The notes beneath the pieces were generated by a model, which did not search any database, had not been told where the DNA came from, and saw only the letters and a list, made by a program, of their open reading frames with translations. A DNA stretch of 64,000 bases from positions 14,773-78,772 of the forward strand of contig JAQBVR010000001.1 in the NCBI GenBank assembly GCA_027623015.1. The letters are read 5' to 3'. Source of the DNA: a bacterium. Its GTDB lineage: Bacteria > Patescibacteriota > Gracilibacteria > Peribacterales > Peribacteraceae. Shown here piece after piece: positions 18,174 to 27,115 of this stretch; position 1 is the stretch's first letter; the number at the start of each line of letters is the position of its first letter. Made by a program: the position numbers and the translations under genes.

Positions 18174-20594
18174 TTATATGTCCTTCTTTTCGATAGGGAT
18201 GACGTCACCCCGTTTTACATCGTGCTCAAGCAGATAATCTGCAAGGAAGTTTTCGATGATGTCTAGTATGGCTCGGCGCATCTCACGAGCACCAAACTCA
18301 ATGCTATACCCTTGTTTCACGATCTCCACGATGACATCTTCTGCGATCCGGATCTTGTAGCCTTTCTTTTCTTCTATGTCTGTGACGATACCGTCAAGCA
18401 TAAGAAGTGCTACCTTGATGGCATTTTCGATAGTCATGGGGTAATACAATATGACTTCATCAAATCTGTTTACAAACTCAGGTGTGAAGATCCTCTGTTC
18501 TAATATCGTATCGACCAATGCGTCCTTGAAGTCCTCTCTGCTTTTTTGCTGGTTCTCTTTTATGAAGTCTCGGATGAAGAGTGCACCAGCATTTGACGTA
18601 GCGATGATGATCGTGTTTTTAAAGTCTGTCTTTACACCCCGACTATCGCTGAGCATTCCTTCGTCGAGGATCTGCAGAAATAGATTAAGTACTTTGGGGT
18701 GAGCCTTCTCTATCTCATCTAAGAGGATCAGTGAGAACGGATTGTCTTGTACCTGTTTCGTGAGGAAGCTCTGTGCAGTAACACTTGGATCTGGGTCTCC
18801 TACGATACCTATGGTGGACTCCTCACTTCCGTATTCGTTCATATCTACTCGGATAAGAGCATCTGCAGAACCAAAGTATTCTTTTGCAAGGATCTTCGCT
18901 GTGTAGGTCTTACCCACACCTGTTGGTCCAAGGAAGAGAAATGTTCCCATTGCTCTTTTTCCTGCGTTGATGTCCAGTCGTGCTCGCTTGAGTGTATTTA
19001 CCAGCGCATCGATAGCTACTTCCTGACCGATGACCGTAGTCTGCAGTTTCTCTGCAAGTGTTACCAGTTTACTTTTCTCATCTTTCGACACTTCAGAGAT
19101 GTCCATGTGTGCTTTGAGCGATATAGCTTTGCGAATGTGCTCTTCATCGACCACCTTGAGTCCGTCGTTCCGTGTAGCAACCATAGAATCACTCAAGATG
19201 TCTATTGCCTTTCCTGGGAGTCCGCCCTTATTGATGTACCTCTTTGTAAGATCCAGTAGTAGGTTCAGTGTGCGGTAGGTCAGAGTCACTCCATATTTTC
19301 TTTTAAGCTTGAAGTATTCTACGTAGAGTGCTGCAAGTGTCTCGTCATCTCCCGTGTCGTCGATGTAGAGCTTCTCAAACATGCTATCGAGTGTAGGGTC
19401 TACTTTCACATACGTGTGATAATCTTCTGGTGCTGCTACTGAGCAGATCGTTATGTTTTTACTTTGTAAGAATTTGGTAAATACACTACGCAAGTTTCCT
19501 TCTGCAGACCGTAGAAAGACGGCTATGTTTGGAACAATAAGAAAAAACTTACCAGACTTTTCCGCTTTAGCTAGGGCTCGAAGCAATACCTTATCTGCAT
19601 GATCCACTCCAGAAAGTAGCATCTCTGTATTGAGAACTACGATACGTGTAAGCGGCAACCCCTTCGACATCTCCTGCTTGCGTAGCAGTGCAGTTACGTT
19701 CTCGATCATGGTGTGGCGACCTACTCCTGTCTTTCCAATGAATAAAGCATTCCGCTGTGAAGCACGTGAGATTATCTGTACGGTACTTTCCAGTTCCTTC
19801 TCATGCATGATGACACCACGCTTTTCCTCTCTCCAAATGACAGAACCACTGATATCTTCTGTGATGACATCTAGATCGTTGGTGTACCCCTGAGACCATG
19901 AACGTCCTATGGTACCAAAGCTACGAACAAGTTGCTGTGGTTCCCAGAACTTTTCTACTATGTCTACCTGCTTATGGAACTTCTCCCACCTGAGGATCGT
20001 TTCAAGGTCATCGATAGAGATATCTAGCTCATTCATGAAGTCTGTGAACACTCCTTTTCGTCTGAAGAATGCAAGCAAGACAGCGTTGGATGCGATGCGA
20101 CTTTCTTCAAGTTCTTTTGCGATGTCTGCGACTTCGGACATAAACGGTAAAACGAGTTCCTTTTTATCAACACTCGACAAACACGCTGCAATAAACGCCT
20201 TTGGTGTCGTCCCCATCTGGGCAAGGATAAACTTGCCTCGAGTCGTATGAGCAGCAGCTTTTAAAAGTTTTGGCAGTGTGATGTGACCTCTTCCATGAAG
20301 ATGGCTTACCATCTCATACGTCACATAGCACCCGAGATTTGATTTTGAAAGAACCTTCTCTTCGTCATCAATGAGCTTATGTTTTATGAACAGACTCTCT
20401 ATATGAAATCCAAATGCGATCAGTGCGATGATGATACCAAGGAGGAGATACTTTCCTGACGTATATGAACTAAATCCAAGTGGTACGAGAGCTGCAGTGT
20501 ACACAATGATGGAGAACCAACTCACAAAGACTCTATGCAAGATGAGTCCTGCATATGCTCTTGTGGGCCGTACGTTAAAACTACATTCAGACAT
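18174..20594 (-). CDS. Membrane-tethered Clp/Hsp100-family AAA+ ATPase with degenerate D1 and intact D2
   Basis: Two N-terminal TM helices. A Clp_N-like segment (LPKLLKAAAHTTRGKFILAQMG). D1 has Walker A GKTGVGRH and, in place of Walker B DE, FLIVPNIAVF. D2 has GPTGVGKT, LLDEIEKAHPKVLNLFLQILDEG and IIIATSNAG. ATG 20594 overlaps the upstream stop as ATGTCTGA. The listed start is 20633. Confidence 0.8.
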   Translation of the reverse strand: MSECSFNVRPTRAYAGLILHRVFVSWFSIIVYTAALVPLGFSSYTSGKYLLLGIIIALIAFGFHIESLFIKHKLIDDEEKVLSKSNLGCYVTYEMVSHLHGRGHITLPKLLKAAAHTTRGKFILAQMGTTPKAFIAACLSSVDKKELVLPFMSEVADIAKELEESRIASNAVLLAFFRRKGVFTDFMNELDISIDDLETILRWEKFHKQVDIVEKFWEPQQLVRSFGTIGRSWSQGYTNDLDVITEDISGSVIWREEKRGVIMHEKELESTVQIISRASQRNALFIGKTGVGRHTMIENVTALLRKQEMSKGLPLTRIVVLNTEMLLSGVDHADKVLLRALAKAEKSGKFFLIVPNIAVFLRSAEGNLRSVFTKFLQSKNITICSVAAPEDYHTYVKVDPTLDSMFEKLYIDDTGDDETLAALYVEYFKLKRKYGVTLTYRTLNLLLDLTKRYINKGGLPGKAIDILSDSMVATRNDGLKVVDEEHIRKAISLKAHMDISEVSKDEKSKLVTLAEKLQTTVIGQEVAIDALVNTLKRARLDINAGKRAMGTFLFLGPTGVGKTYTAKILAKEYFGSADALIRVDMNEYGSEESTIGIVGDPDPSVTAQSFLTKQVQDNPFSLILLDEIEKAHPKVLNLFLQILDEGMLSDSRGVKTDFKNTIIIATSNAGALFIRDFIKENQQKSREDFKDALVDTILEQRIFTPEFVNRFDEVILYYPMTIENAIKVALLMLDGIVTDIEEKKGYKIRIAEDVIVEIVKQGYSIEFGAREMRRAILDIIENFLADYLLEHDVKRGDVIPIEKKDI

Positions 20595-21018
20595 GTATAC
20601 CAACGGAGTAACCAATGAAATACATATACCCAAGTCCTATCACTGCTACGGGGTAAAGAAACCAAAGACCTAAGTATATGAAGAATCCTACAAACAATAT
20701 GATCTGAATTGCTAAGCTAAAAGCGAGAGCAATCGTTCGAATGACAAATCCAATAACACGCGTCGTGATGTTGAGTGTAATTGCCTGTGCCCAGCGTTCG
20801 AGGTTAAAACCTGGGTGATCATTTTCATCTGTGATGCTCTTCCACGGAGAGAGTAAAGTCATGAGCAAGTGCTTGATGGAGAGAATCTCCAACCATGCCC
20901 CTGCATATGCTCCGTACATCCGGAGAATCCGCATCGGCTGCTCGTAAAAATACCATGGCAGCATGGAGCCCACGAGTAGTCTCGGCATCACCCAGAAGAT
21001 TTGAAATATTCCTAACAT
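20587..21018 (-). CDS. Small polytopic membrane protein coupled to the Clp-like ATPase
   Basis: 143 aa with about four hydrophobic helices. Its stop overlaps the start of the ATPase gene by 8 nt. Confidence 0.6.
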   Translation of the reverse strand: MLGIFQIFWVMPRLLVGSMLPWYFYEQPMRILRMYGAYAGAWLEILSIKHLLMTLLSPWKSITDENDHPGFNLERWAQAITLNITTRVIGFVIRTIALAFSLAIQIILFVGFFIYLGLWFLYPVAVIGLGYMYFIGYSVGIHV

Positions 21019-21163
21019 ATATATGGGGTAATCATCTGATTATAGCAGAAAAACAGCTTTTTGACATGTTCGTAGATTGGACAGATTGTGTTTATGTGTT
21101 TTATTAGTAGTTTGAGGATTGTTCTGTGTTGTGTGTTCATTAGCAACTGAGCATTGTAACCTA

Positions 21164-21184
21164 GAACTCAGAACTCAGAACAGA
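21164..21184 (+). repeat. Heptamer repeat AGAACTC-AGAACTC-AGAACAG upstream of tmk, preceded by a TG-rich heptamer-phased tract at about 21085..21140
   Basis: Read directly from the sequence. Confidence 0.7.
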
Positions 21185-21236
21185 AAAACTATAAAAGATA
21201 TACAACACCAAAAGATTTCTCTACAGTTAGAGATCT

Positions 21237-21854
21237 ATGAAAGGTCAGTTCATCGTTATCGAAGGCCCAGACGGTAGTGGTACTACACGTCACAGTCAGA
21301 TGCTTGCAGACAATCTCCGTAAGAGTGGTACTGAAGTGATACTTACTGCAGAACCTACCGAAGGATCTATCGGTAAACAGATTCGTAGCATGCTACACAG
21401 TTCTAGCATGCCTCCGCCCGATGCTGTACAACTCCTTTTTTGTGCAGATAGAGCTCAGCATGTCTCTGAACTCATCATCCCTGCGCTTGAGCAGGGGAAG
21501 ACTATAGTTTGCGATAGGTATGCGCTCTCTACTATCGTGTATGGAAAGACGCTTGGTCTCGATGAGAAATGGTTACTAGCAATCAACAAAGCATTCCCAA
21601 CTCCAGATCTTACAGTTGTCACATTGCCTCCTGTAGAGGTATGTATAGACCGCGTCGGCCGAAGAGATACGCAAGATATGTTTGAAAATGAATTATTTAT
21701 GCGCCGAATATACGAAGGATATGAGCGAATAGAAGAACCATCGACTATCTTTGTCGATACCTCTGGAGAAAAAGAGGATGTTGCTCAACATATATTTGAG
21801 ATCGTTTCTGAGCATCTAACACCAATTTCACGAGAAACGATTGCGAACATTTAG
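21237..21854 (+). CDS. tmk: Thymidylate kinase
   Basis: P-loop FIVIEGPDGSGTTRHSQML, the DRY motif (VCDRYALS), and a length of 205 aa. Confidence 0.9.
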   Translation: MKGQFIVIEGPDGSGTTRHSQMLADNLRKSGTEVILTAEPTEGSIGKQIRSMLHSSSMPPPDAVQLLFCADRAQHVSELIIPALEQGKTIVCDRYALSTIVYGKTLGLDEKWLLAINKAFPTPDLTVVTLPPVEVCIDRVGRRDTQDMFENELFMRRIYEGYERIEEPSTIFVDTSGEKEDVAQHIFEIVSEHLTPISRETIANI

Positions 21855-21876
21855 CTGCTAACAGTACTCTAGAGCT

Positions 21877-22719
21877 ATGTCCGCTACTCTCCTCTCCGGC
21901 AAGGATGCTTCTGCAGCAGTATTGCAAAGCTTAGAAAGTGACATCGCATCTCTTGATCCGAAGCTTGTTGTCGTACAAGTAGGGGAAGACCCTGCCAGCA
22001 GTAGCTACATCAAACAAAAATTCAAAAGCTGCCAATCTGTTGGCATGCGTAGTGAGCACAAACATATGCCAGCAACGACAACTCTTGACGAACTGATGCA
22101 TGAAATAGTAGCCCTCAATGCAGATCCAGATGTTTCTGGCTTCATTGTTCAACTACCACTACCCGCACACTTAGAAAAACATGTTCCAGACATCATCAAA
22201 TCAATAGAGCCTCGAAAAGACGTAGATGGATTTGGTGCATACAATCTTGGAAAGATGTTTCTCAATAAAGATTTTGAGGATCTTCCACCTGCTACACCAT
22301 CGGGGATCATCCTTCTTTTAGATCATTATAACATCGATGTTGCAGGCAAACACGTCGTCGTAGTGGGTCGCAGTAATATCGTGGGAAAGCCAGTCTCTAT
22401 GATGCTTCTGAACCGCAGCGCAACAGTGACGATATGTCACAGTAAAACAAAAGATCTCGGTACGATTACACGGCAAGCAGATATTCTCATTGCTGCAGTA
22501 GGACGACCGAAGATGATTACAGCAGATATGGTAAAAGATGGCGTAGTCGTCATCGATGTTGGCATGAATAGAACCGATGATGGCCTCTGTGGTGATGTAG
22601 ATTTTGATGCAGTTGCTGAAAAAGCGAGTGCTATTACGCCCGTTCCTGGGGGCGTAGGCCCTATGACTGTCGCCAGCTTGATACGTAATTGTGTACGAGC
22701 GGCACAGCGTCAGGAGTAG
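21877..22719 (+). CDS. folD: Bifunctional methylenetetrahydrofolate dehydrogenase / methenyl-THF cyclohydrolase
   Basis: SSYIKQK, GFIVQLPLP, VVVVGRSNIVGKPVSMMLL, ITPVPGGVGPMTVASL. Confidence 0.92.
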   Translation: MSATLLSGKDASAAVLQSLESDIASLDPKLVVVQVGEDPASSSYIKQKFKSCQSVGMRSEHKHMPATTTLDELMHEIVALNADPDVSGFIVQLPLPAHLEKHVPDIIKSIEPRKDVDGFGAYNLGKMFLNKDFEDLPPATPSGIILLLDHYNIDVAGKHVVVVGRSNIVGKPVSMMLLNRSATVTICHSKTKDLGTITRQADILIAAVGRPKMITADMVKDGVVVIDVGMNRTDDGLCGDVDFDAVAEKASAITPVPGGVGPMTVASLIRNCVRAAQRQE

Positions 22720-22873
22720 GGTACTCTTGGAAGAATTTAGGCGTTACTCGGTAGATAATTTTGCTTGCAAATTTAAAGATCTTCTATAGAATATCTCTGT
22801 GGAAAACGACCTTCCGCCAACTATTTCGGCTTTAACGGTACTGTTCCGTCGAGGCTTCTTTTCTCTATAATTT

Positions 22874-24376
22874 ATGTGTGGAATTATCGCAATCTCTGGA
22901 AAGAACGATGTGATCCAAGATCTCTACGATGGACTTATTTTACTACAACATCGTGGACAGGATGCTGCAGGGATCATGACATATGATAATCAGTTTCACC
23001 TAAAGAAGAGCAATGGAATGGTTCGAGATGTATTTCACACCAAGTCACTGTCTCGCCTTCGTGGCAGCATGGGGATTGGCCATGTGCGTTACCCGACAGC
23101 TGGCTGTAGTAGTGAGTTTGAAGCGCAACCATTTTTTGTAAATACGCCATATGGCATAGCACTCGCACATAATGGAAATCTCACAAACTATAAAGAACTT
23201 AGTAAAGAGCTACTCGAAAAGGAATATCGTCACTTGAATACAAATTCAGACTCCGAGATACTACTCAATGTATTTTCTGTAGCGCTCAAGGATCAAAAGC
23301 CAACAAAAAAACTCACTCCTGGTCAAGTATTTGGAGCTGTAAAAACAGTATTTGCAAAGTGTAAGGGAGCGTATTCAGCTGTTACTCTTGTTGGTGGTCA
23401 AGGTATCGTTGCATTCCGAGACCCGCATGGTATCCGCCCTTTACAAATAGGTAGGCGAAAGCTAAACGGAAAGGAGGAATATATTATCGCTTCTGAGAAT
23501 ACTTCATTTAAAGCTCTCGACTTTGAATTTATTCGAGACATTAAACCAGGTGAGGCTGTCTTTATAGACAGAAATAATAAACTACACACAAAGATATGTA
23601 TAAAAGGAAAGCCGCACCCTTGTATTTTTGAATGGATATACCTTGCTGCTCCTGACTCAATGATCGATGGTGTCAGCGTCTATAAAGCACGGGTTCGCAT
23701 GGGAGAATATCTGGCTAAACAGATTAAAGATGCAGGTATTAAGATCGACTCTGTTATTCCTATACCAGATACAGGAAGACCTATGGCTACTGGAGTAGCT
23801 GATAAGCTGAAAGTTCGTTACAGAGAAGGTTTTGTGAAGAATCGATACATAGGACGTACTTTCATCATGGCTGGACAGCATATGCGCAAACGTAGCCTAC
23901 AATTCAAACTTCACCCAATTGACCTAGAGTTTAAAGGGAAGAATGTTCTTCTTGTCGATGATTCTATCGTACGTGGAAACACAAGTAAGAAGATCGTAGA
24001 GATCGTTCGAAAGGCAGGTGCTAGGAAAGTCTACTTTGCTTCTGGCTCACCTCCAATTATAGGGCCTGACCCTTATGGCATAGATCTTCCTACAACGACT
24101 GAACTTATAGCAGGACACAAAAGTATTGAGCAGATTCGAAAGTTTATAGGAGCTGATGAGTTATTCTATGCATCTATTGAAGATACACGCAAAGCAGTAC
24201 AAAGAGGAAATCCTAAAATTAAGAATTTTAGTGAGGGCTGTTTTACAAAAAAGTACCCAACAAAAGAAGTAACACCTAAGCTTCTTAAAGATCTTGGCAA
24301 AAGTCGAAATTCAACGAGAGCTATACATGATGATAGCTCAAGTGATGAAGATGGTGATGCTAGTAAAGATATGTAA
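22874..24376 (+). CDS. purF: Amidophosphoribosyltransferase
   Basis: N-terminal MCGI (Ntn catalytic Cys), HRGQDAAGI, HVRYPTAG, and the PRTase motif VLLVDDSIVRGNTSKKIV. Confidence 0.93.
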   Translation: MCGIIAISGKNDVIQDLYDGLILLQHRGQDAAGIMTYDNQFHLKKSNGMVRDVFHTKSLSRLRGSMGIGHVRYPTAGCSSEFEAQPFFVNTPYGIALAHNGNLTNYKELSKELLEKEYRHLNTNSDSEILLNVFSVALKDQKPTKKLTPGQVFGAVKTVFAKCKGAYSAVTLVGGQGIVAFRDPHGIRPLQIGRRKLNGKEEYIIASENTSFKALDFEFIRDIKPGEAVFIDRNNKLHTKICIKGKPHPCIFEWIYLAAPDSMIDGVSVYKARVRMGEYLAKQIKDAGIKIDSVIPIPDTGRPMATGVADKLKVRYREGFVKNRYIGRTFIMAGQHMRKRSLQFKLHPIDLEFKGKNVLLVDDSIVRGNTSKKIVEIVRKAGARKVYFASGSPPIIGPDPYGIDLPTTTELIAGHKSIEQIRKFIGADELFYASIEDTRKAVQRGNPKIKNFSEGCFTKKYPTKEVTPKLLKDLGKSRNSTRAIHDDSSSDEDGDASKDM

Positions 24377-24380
24377 CGGG

Positions 24381-24450
24381 GTTACTGGTTACTCGTTACT
24401 GGTTACTAGTTGTAGGTTGTAGGTTGTAAGTTGTACGTTGTACGTTTATT
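24381..24450 (+). repeat. Ten phased heptamers between purF and purD (GTTACTN x4, then GTTGTAN x5, then GTTTATT)
   Basis: GTTACTG GTTACTC GTTACTG GTTACTA GTTGTAG GTTGTAG GTTGTAA GTTGTAC GTTGTAC GTTTATT. Confidence 0.9.
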
Positions 24451-24458
24451 GTAATGCA

Positions 24459-25787
24459 GTGAAAGTACTACTGATAACAAGTTCGGCTAGGGGGCATGCG
24501 ATAGCTGATGCGTTGTCTCGAAGTCGTCATAAACCTGAGATTATAGCGGTAAGTCCGAGTCATAATCCTGGCATACTATCCTTAGCAACTGAGCAGCATG
24601 TTTGTGACATCATGAATTTCGATTCAGTCTTAGATATAGCCAAGAAGTCATCACCTGACTTTGCATTCATCGGACCAGATGACCCTATTGGCATGGGACT
24701 AGCAGATGCATTGCAAGAGATAGGCATTTCCTCAGTTGCACCAAAGAAGTCCTGTGCAAGAGTGGAAGCGAGTAAGGGGTTCACTCGAGAGCTACTTGCG
24801 AAGAAAGGTATCGACGCCTCTCCTAAGTTTTCTGTATTTACTAGGGCTGAACCCGAATTATTACTTTCATATATTTCTGATGAGCTTTGTGGAGATTATG
24901 TCGTAAAGTATGACGCTCTTAAGGGTGGCAAAGGTGTAAAAGTTTCTGGTGATCATTTGGAGACTGTAGAAGATGGCGTTGCGTATGCGATGGAATGCAT
25001 AGCGGAGTGTGGACGTGTTGTTATAGAGGAAAAACTTATTGGGGTTGAGTTTAGTTTATTGAGCTTTGTGTCTGGTACTCAAGTAGTGGACATGCCTGCA
25101 GTACAAGATCACAAAAGAGCATATACAGGAGATACAGGTCCGAATACTGGCGGAATGGGTACCTATAGCGACAGTAACCACACACTTCCATTTATTACTG
25201 AGGCAGACCTAGAACAGGCATCTCTATTTAACCGTTTGACAGCGAAAGCCCTAGAAGAAGAATGTGAGGAGCCATTTGTCGGCATCCTCTATGGTGGATT
25301 TATAGCAGTAAAAAATGGTGTTCGACTTATAGAATATAATGCACGGTTTGGTGACCCTGAGGCACTGAACATTCTGCCTCTACTCAAAACTGACTTTGTA
25401 GATATTTGCCAGGCGATGATCACAGGTCAACTCACCGATGATCTTGTTGAATTTACAAATCAAGCTACCGTCTGTAAGTACATAACGCCGGAGGGATATC
25501 CCGAGAATAAGGATCAAGTTGGTAAGATTGTTTCTTTCCCAGAGATTCCAAACAACGCAAGACTCTACTATGGAGATGTCACTGAAGATAATGATGGAAT
25601 ACTTAGACTTGGAGGATCTCGAACAGCTGGGATTGTTGGGATTGGCGATACTATCTCTGAAGCTGAAAATATTGCAGAGACATTGTGCAAACAAGTACAA
25701 GGGCCAGTCAGATATCGCTCAGATATAGGTACAAAGGCTGTTTTAGACTGCCGTATTAATACACTGTTACAGATTCGTTCCTCCTAA
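24459..25787 (+). CDS. purD: Phosphoribosylamine-glycine ligase
   Basis: (V)KVLLITSSARGHAIADAL, GGKGVKV, DHKRAYTGDTGPNTGGMGTY, IEYNARFGDPE. The GTG at 24459 is preferred because the listed TTG 24438 lies inside the heptamer repeat. Confidence 0.9.
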   Translation: MKVLLITSSARGHAIADALSRSRHKPEIIAVSPSHNPGILSLATEQHVCDIMNFDSVLDIAKKSSPDFAFIGPDDPIGMGLADALQEIGISSVAPKKSCARVEASKGFTRELLAKKGIDASPKFSVFTRAEPELLLSYISDELCGDYVVKYDALKGGKGVKVSGDHLETVEDGVAYAMECIAECGRVVIEEKLIGVEFSLLSFVSGTQVVDMPAVQDHKRAYTGDTGPNTGGMGTYSDSNHTLPFITEADLEQASLFNRLTAKALEEECEEPFVGILYGGFIAVKNGVRLIEYNARFGDPEALNILPLLKTDFVDICQAMITGQLTDDLVEFTNQATVCKYITPEGYPENKDQVGKIVSFPEIPNNARLYYGDVTEDNDGILRLGGSRTAGIVGIGDTISEAENIAETLCKQVQGPVRYRSDIGTKAVLDCRINTLLQIRSS

Positions 25788-25789
25788 AT

Positions 25790-27115
25790 ATGCGACAACG
25801 CCTCACCAGACTACTCATTCCATTTGTATACTTTATTGCTGGTGCAACAGGTCTAGCGAGTGTCGCTGCTACGTTTTATTACAAAGAAGATCTCGCTCTT
25901 AGCATTGAGCAAGTTCAGATACTTGGATCTATTGCCATCATCCCTTGGAGTATAAAACCTCTCTATGGATTCCTTTCCGATCGACGTCCTATCTTCAAAC
26001 TCCGTCGTAAGCCCTACTTAATAATTGCAGGATTGCTTGGTTCACTTGGCTACGTATCACTTGCTCTGTGGGTACATAGTTTTAGAGGAGCAGCCATAGC
26101 ACTTATGGTTTCTGGCATGGGCTTTGCTTTAGCAGATGTGATAGTCGATGGCATAGTTGCACAGATGAGCAAGAGCCAAAAAGAGGCTGGCAGACTCCAG
26201 ACTATTTGTAGAGCTGCTATTATGCTTGGAGCCCTAATGGTAGCGTATTTATCTGGCATACTCGTCGAGAAAATTGGTGCAAGAAATGTCTTCCTCATAA
26301 CAGGCTCGCTACCCCTTATGACTTCCCTCTTTGGAATACTTATGCATGAGGAGCCATGCAAAGTTGTTACTTTTTCTATTAAAGAGACATGGAAGAGTAT
26401 TAAAAGTGCTATCACACCATCTGTACTATGGGCTGCCCTGTTTCTCTTCATCTGGAGAAGCACACCTAACAGTGGTGGTAGCTTAAGCTACTATATGATC
26501 GATGAGCTTGACTTCGGTCCTGAGTTTTTCGGCCGGCTTGCAGTCATCAGCTATGCTATGAGCTTAGTCGGAATTCTTATCTTTCGGAAGTGGCTCATCT
26601 CTATACCTATAAAGAAGCTACTCTACTGGATCATCATAACGAGTGTCGTCCTTTCACTTCCGACCCTTGGACTTGTTTACAAGTGGTATGAAGTCCTTGG
26701 TATGAGCCCCAAGATGTTTGCAATGGCAGATACTCTTATATCGGGACCTCTTGCGGAGATAGGATTTTTGCCTCTCATGGTCCTCGTTGCTCGGATCTGT
26801 CCAAAGGGAGTTGAAGCTACGATGTTTGCACTCCTTGCAAGCCTCATGAATATAGGTCTTGCTGTGTCAGATCTGGGAGGTGCATGGCTTGTTCATGCAT
26901 TTGATGTACACCAAGCAACTGGAGATATAGCAGCAAACTACACTCATATCGATAAAGTGCTTTGGATCGCTATCCTTAGCAGCTTCCTCCCTATGCCATT
27001 TATCCGGTTCCTCCCAGATATTCGAGCAGTTGAGCAAACTGTTGTCGATATTTCTCCTTCTAAGATGCCTGAGAAAGCTGAAGATTTGCTTCCAGGAGAT
27101 GAGCGTATTGTTTAG
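25790..27115 (+). CDS. MFS transporter of the folate-biopterin transporter (BT1) type
   Basis: LSIEQVQILGSIAIIPWSIKPLYGFLSDRRPIFKLRRKPYLIIAG matches the BT1 signature region. About 12 TM helices. Confidence 0.75.
   Translation: MRQRLTRLLIPFVYFIAGATGLASVAATFYYKEDLALSIEQVQILGSIAIIPWSIKPLYGFLSDRRPIFKLRRKPYLIIAGLLGSLGYVSLALWVHSFRGAAIALMVSGMGFALADVIVDGIVAQMSKSQKEAGRLQTICRAAIMLGALMVAYLSGILVEKIGARNVFLITGSLPLMTSLFGILMHEEPCKVVTFSIKETWKSIKSAITPSVLWAALFLFIWRSTPNSGGSLSYYMIDELDFGPEFFGRLAVISYAMSLVGILIFRKWLISIPIKKLLYWIIITSVVLSLPTLGLVYKWYEVLGMSPKMFAMADTLISGPLAEIGFLPLMVLVARICPKGVEATMFALLASLMNIGLAVSDLGGAWLVHAFDVHQATGDIAANYTHIDKVLWIAILSSFLPMPFIRFLPDIRAVEQTVVDISPSKMPEKAEDLLPGDERIV

Noticed and set aside
22720-22873. 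Purine, ZTP or PRPP riboswitch upstream of purF.
   Set aside because: I could not find the conserved cores, for example the ZTP pseudoknot CCGCCUGGGC or the purine-riboswitch loop-loop motifs. Only weak 3-4-bp stems are present.
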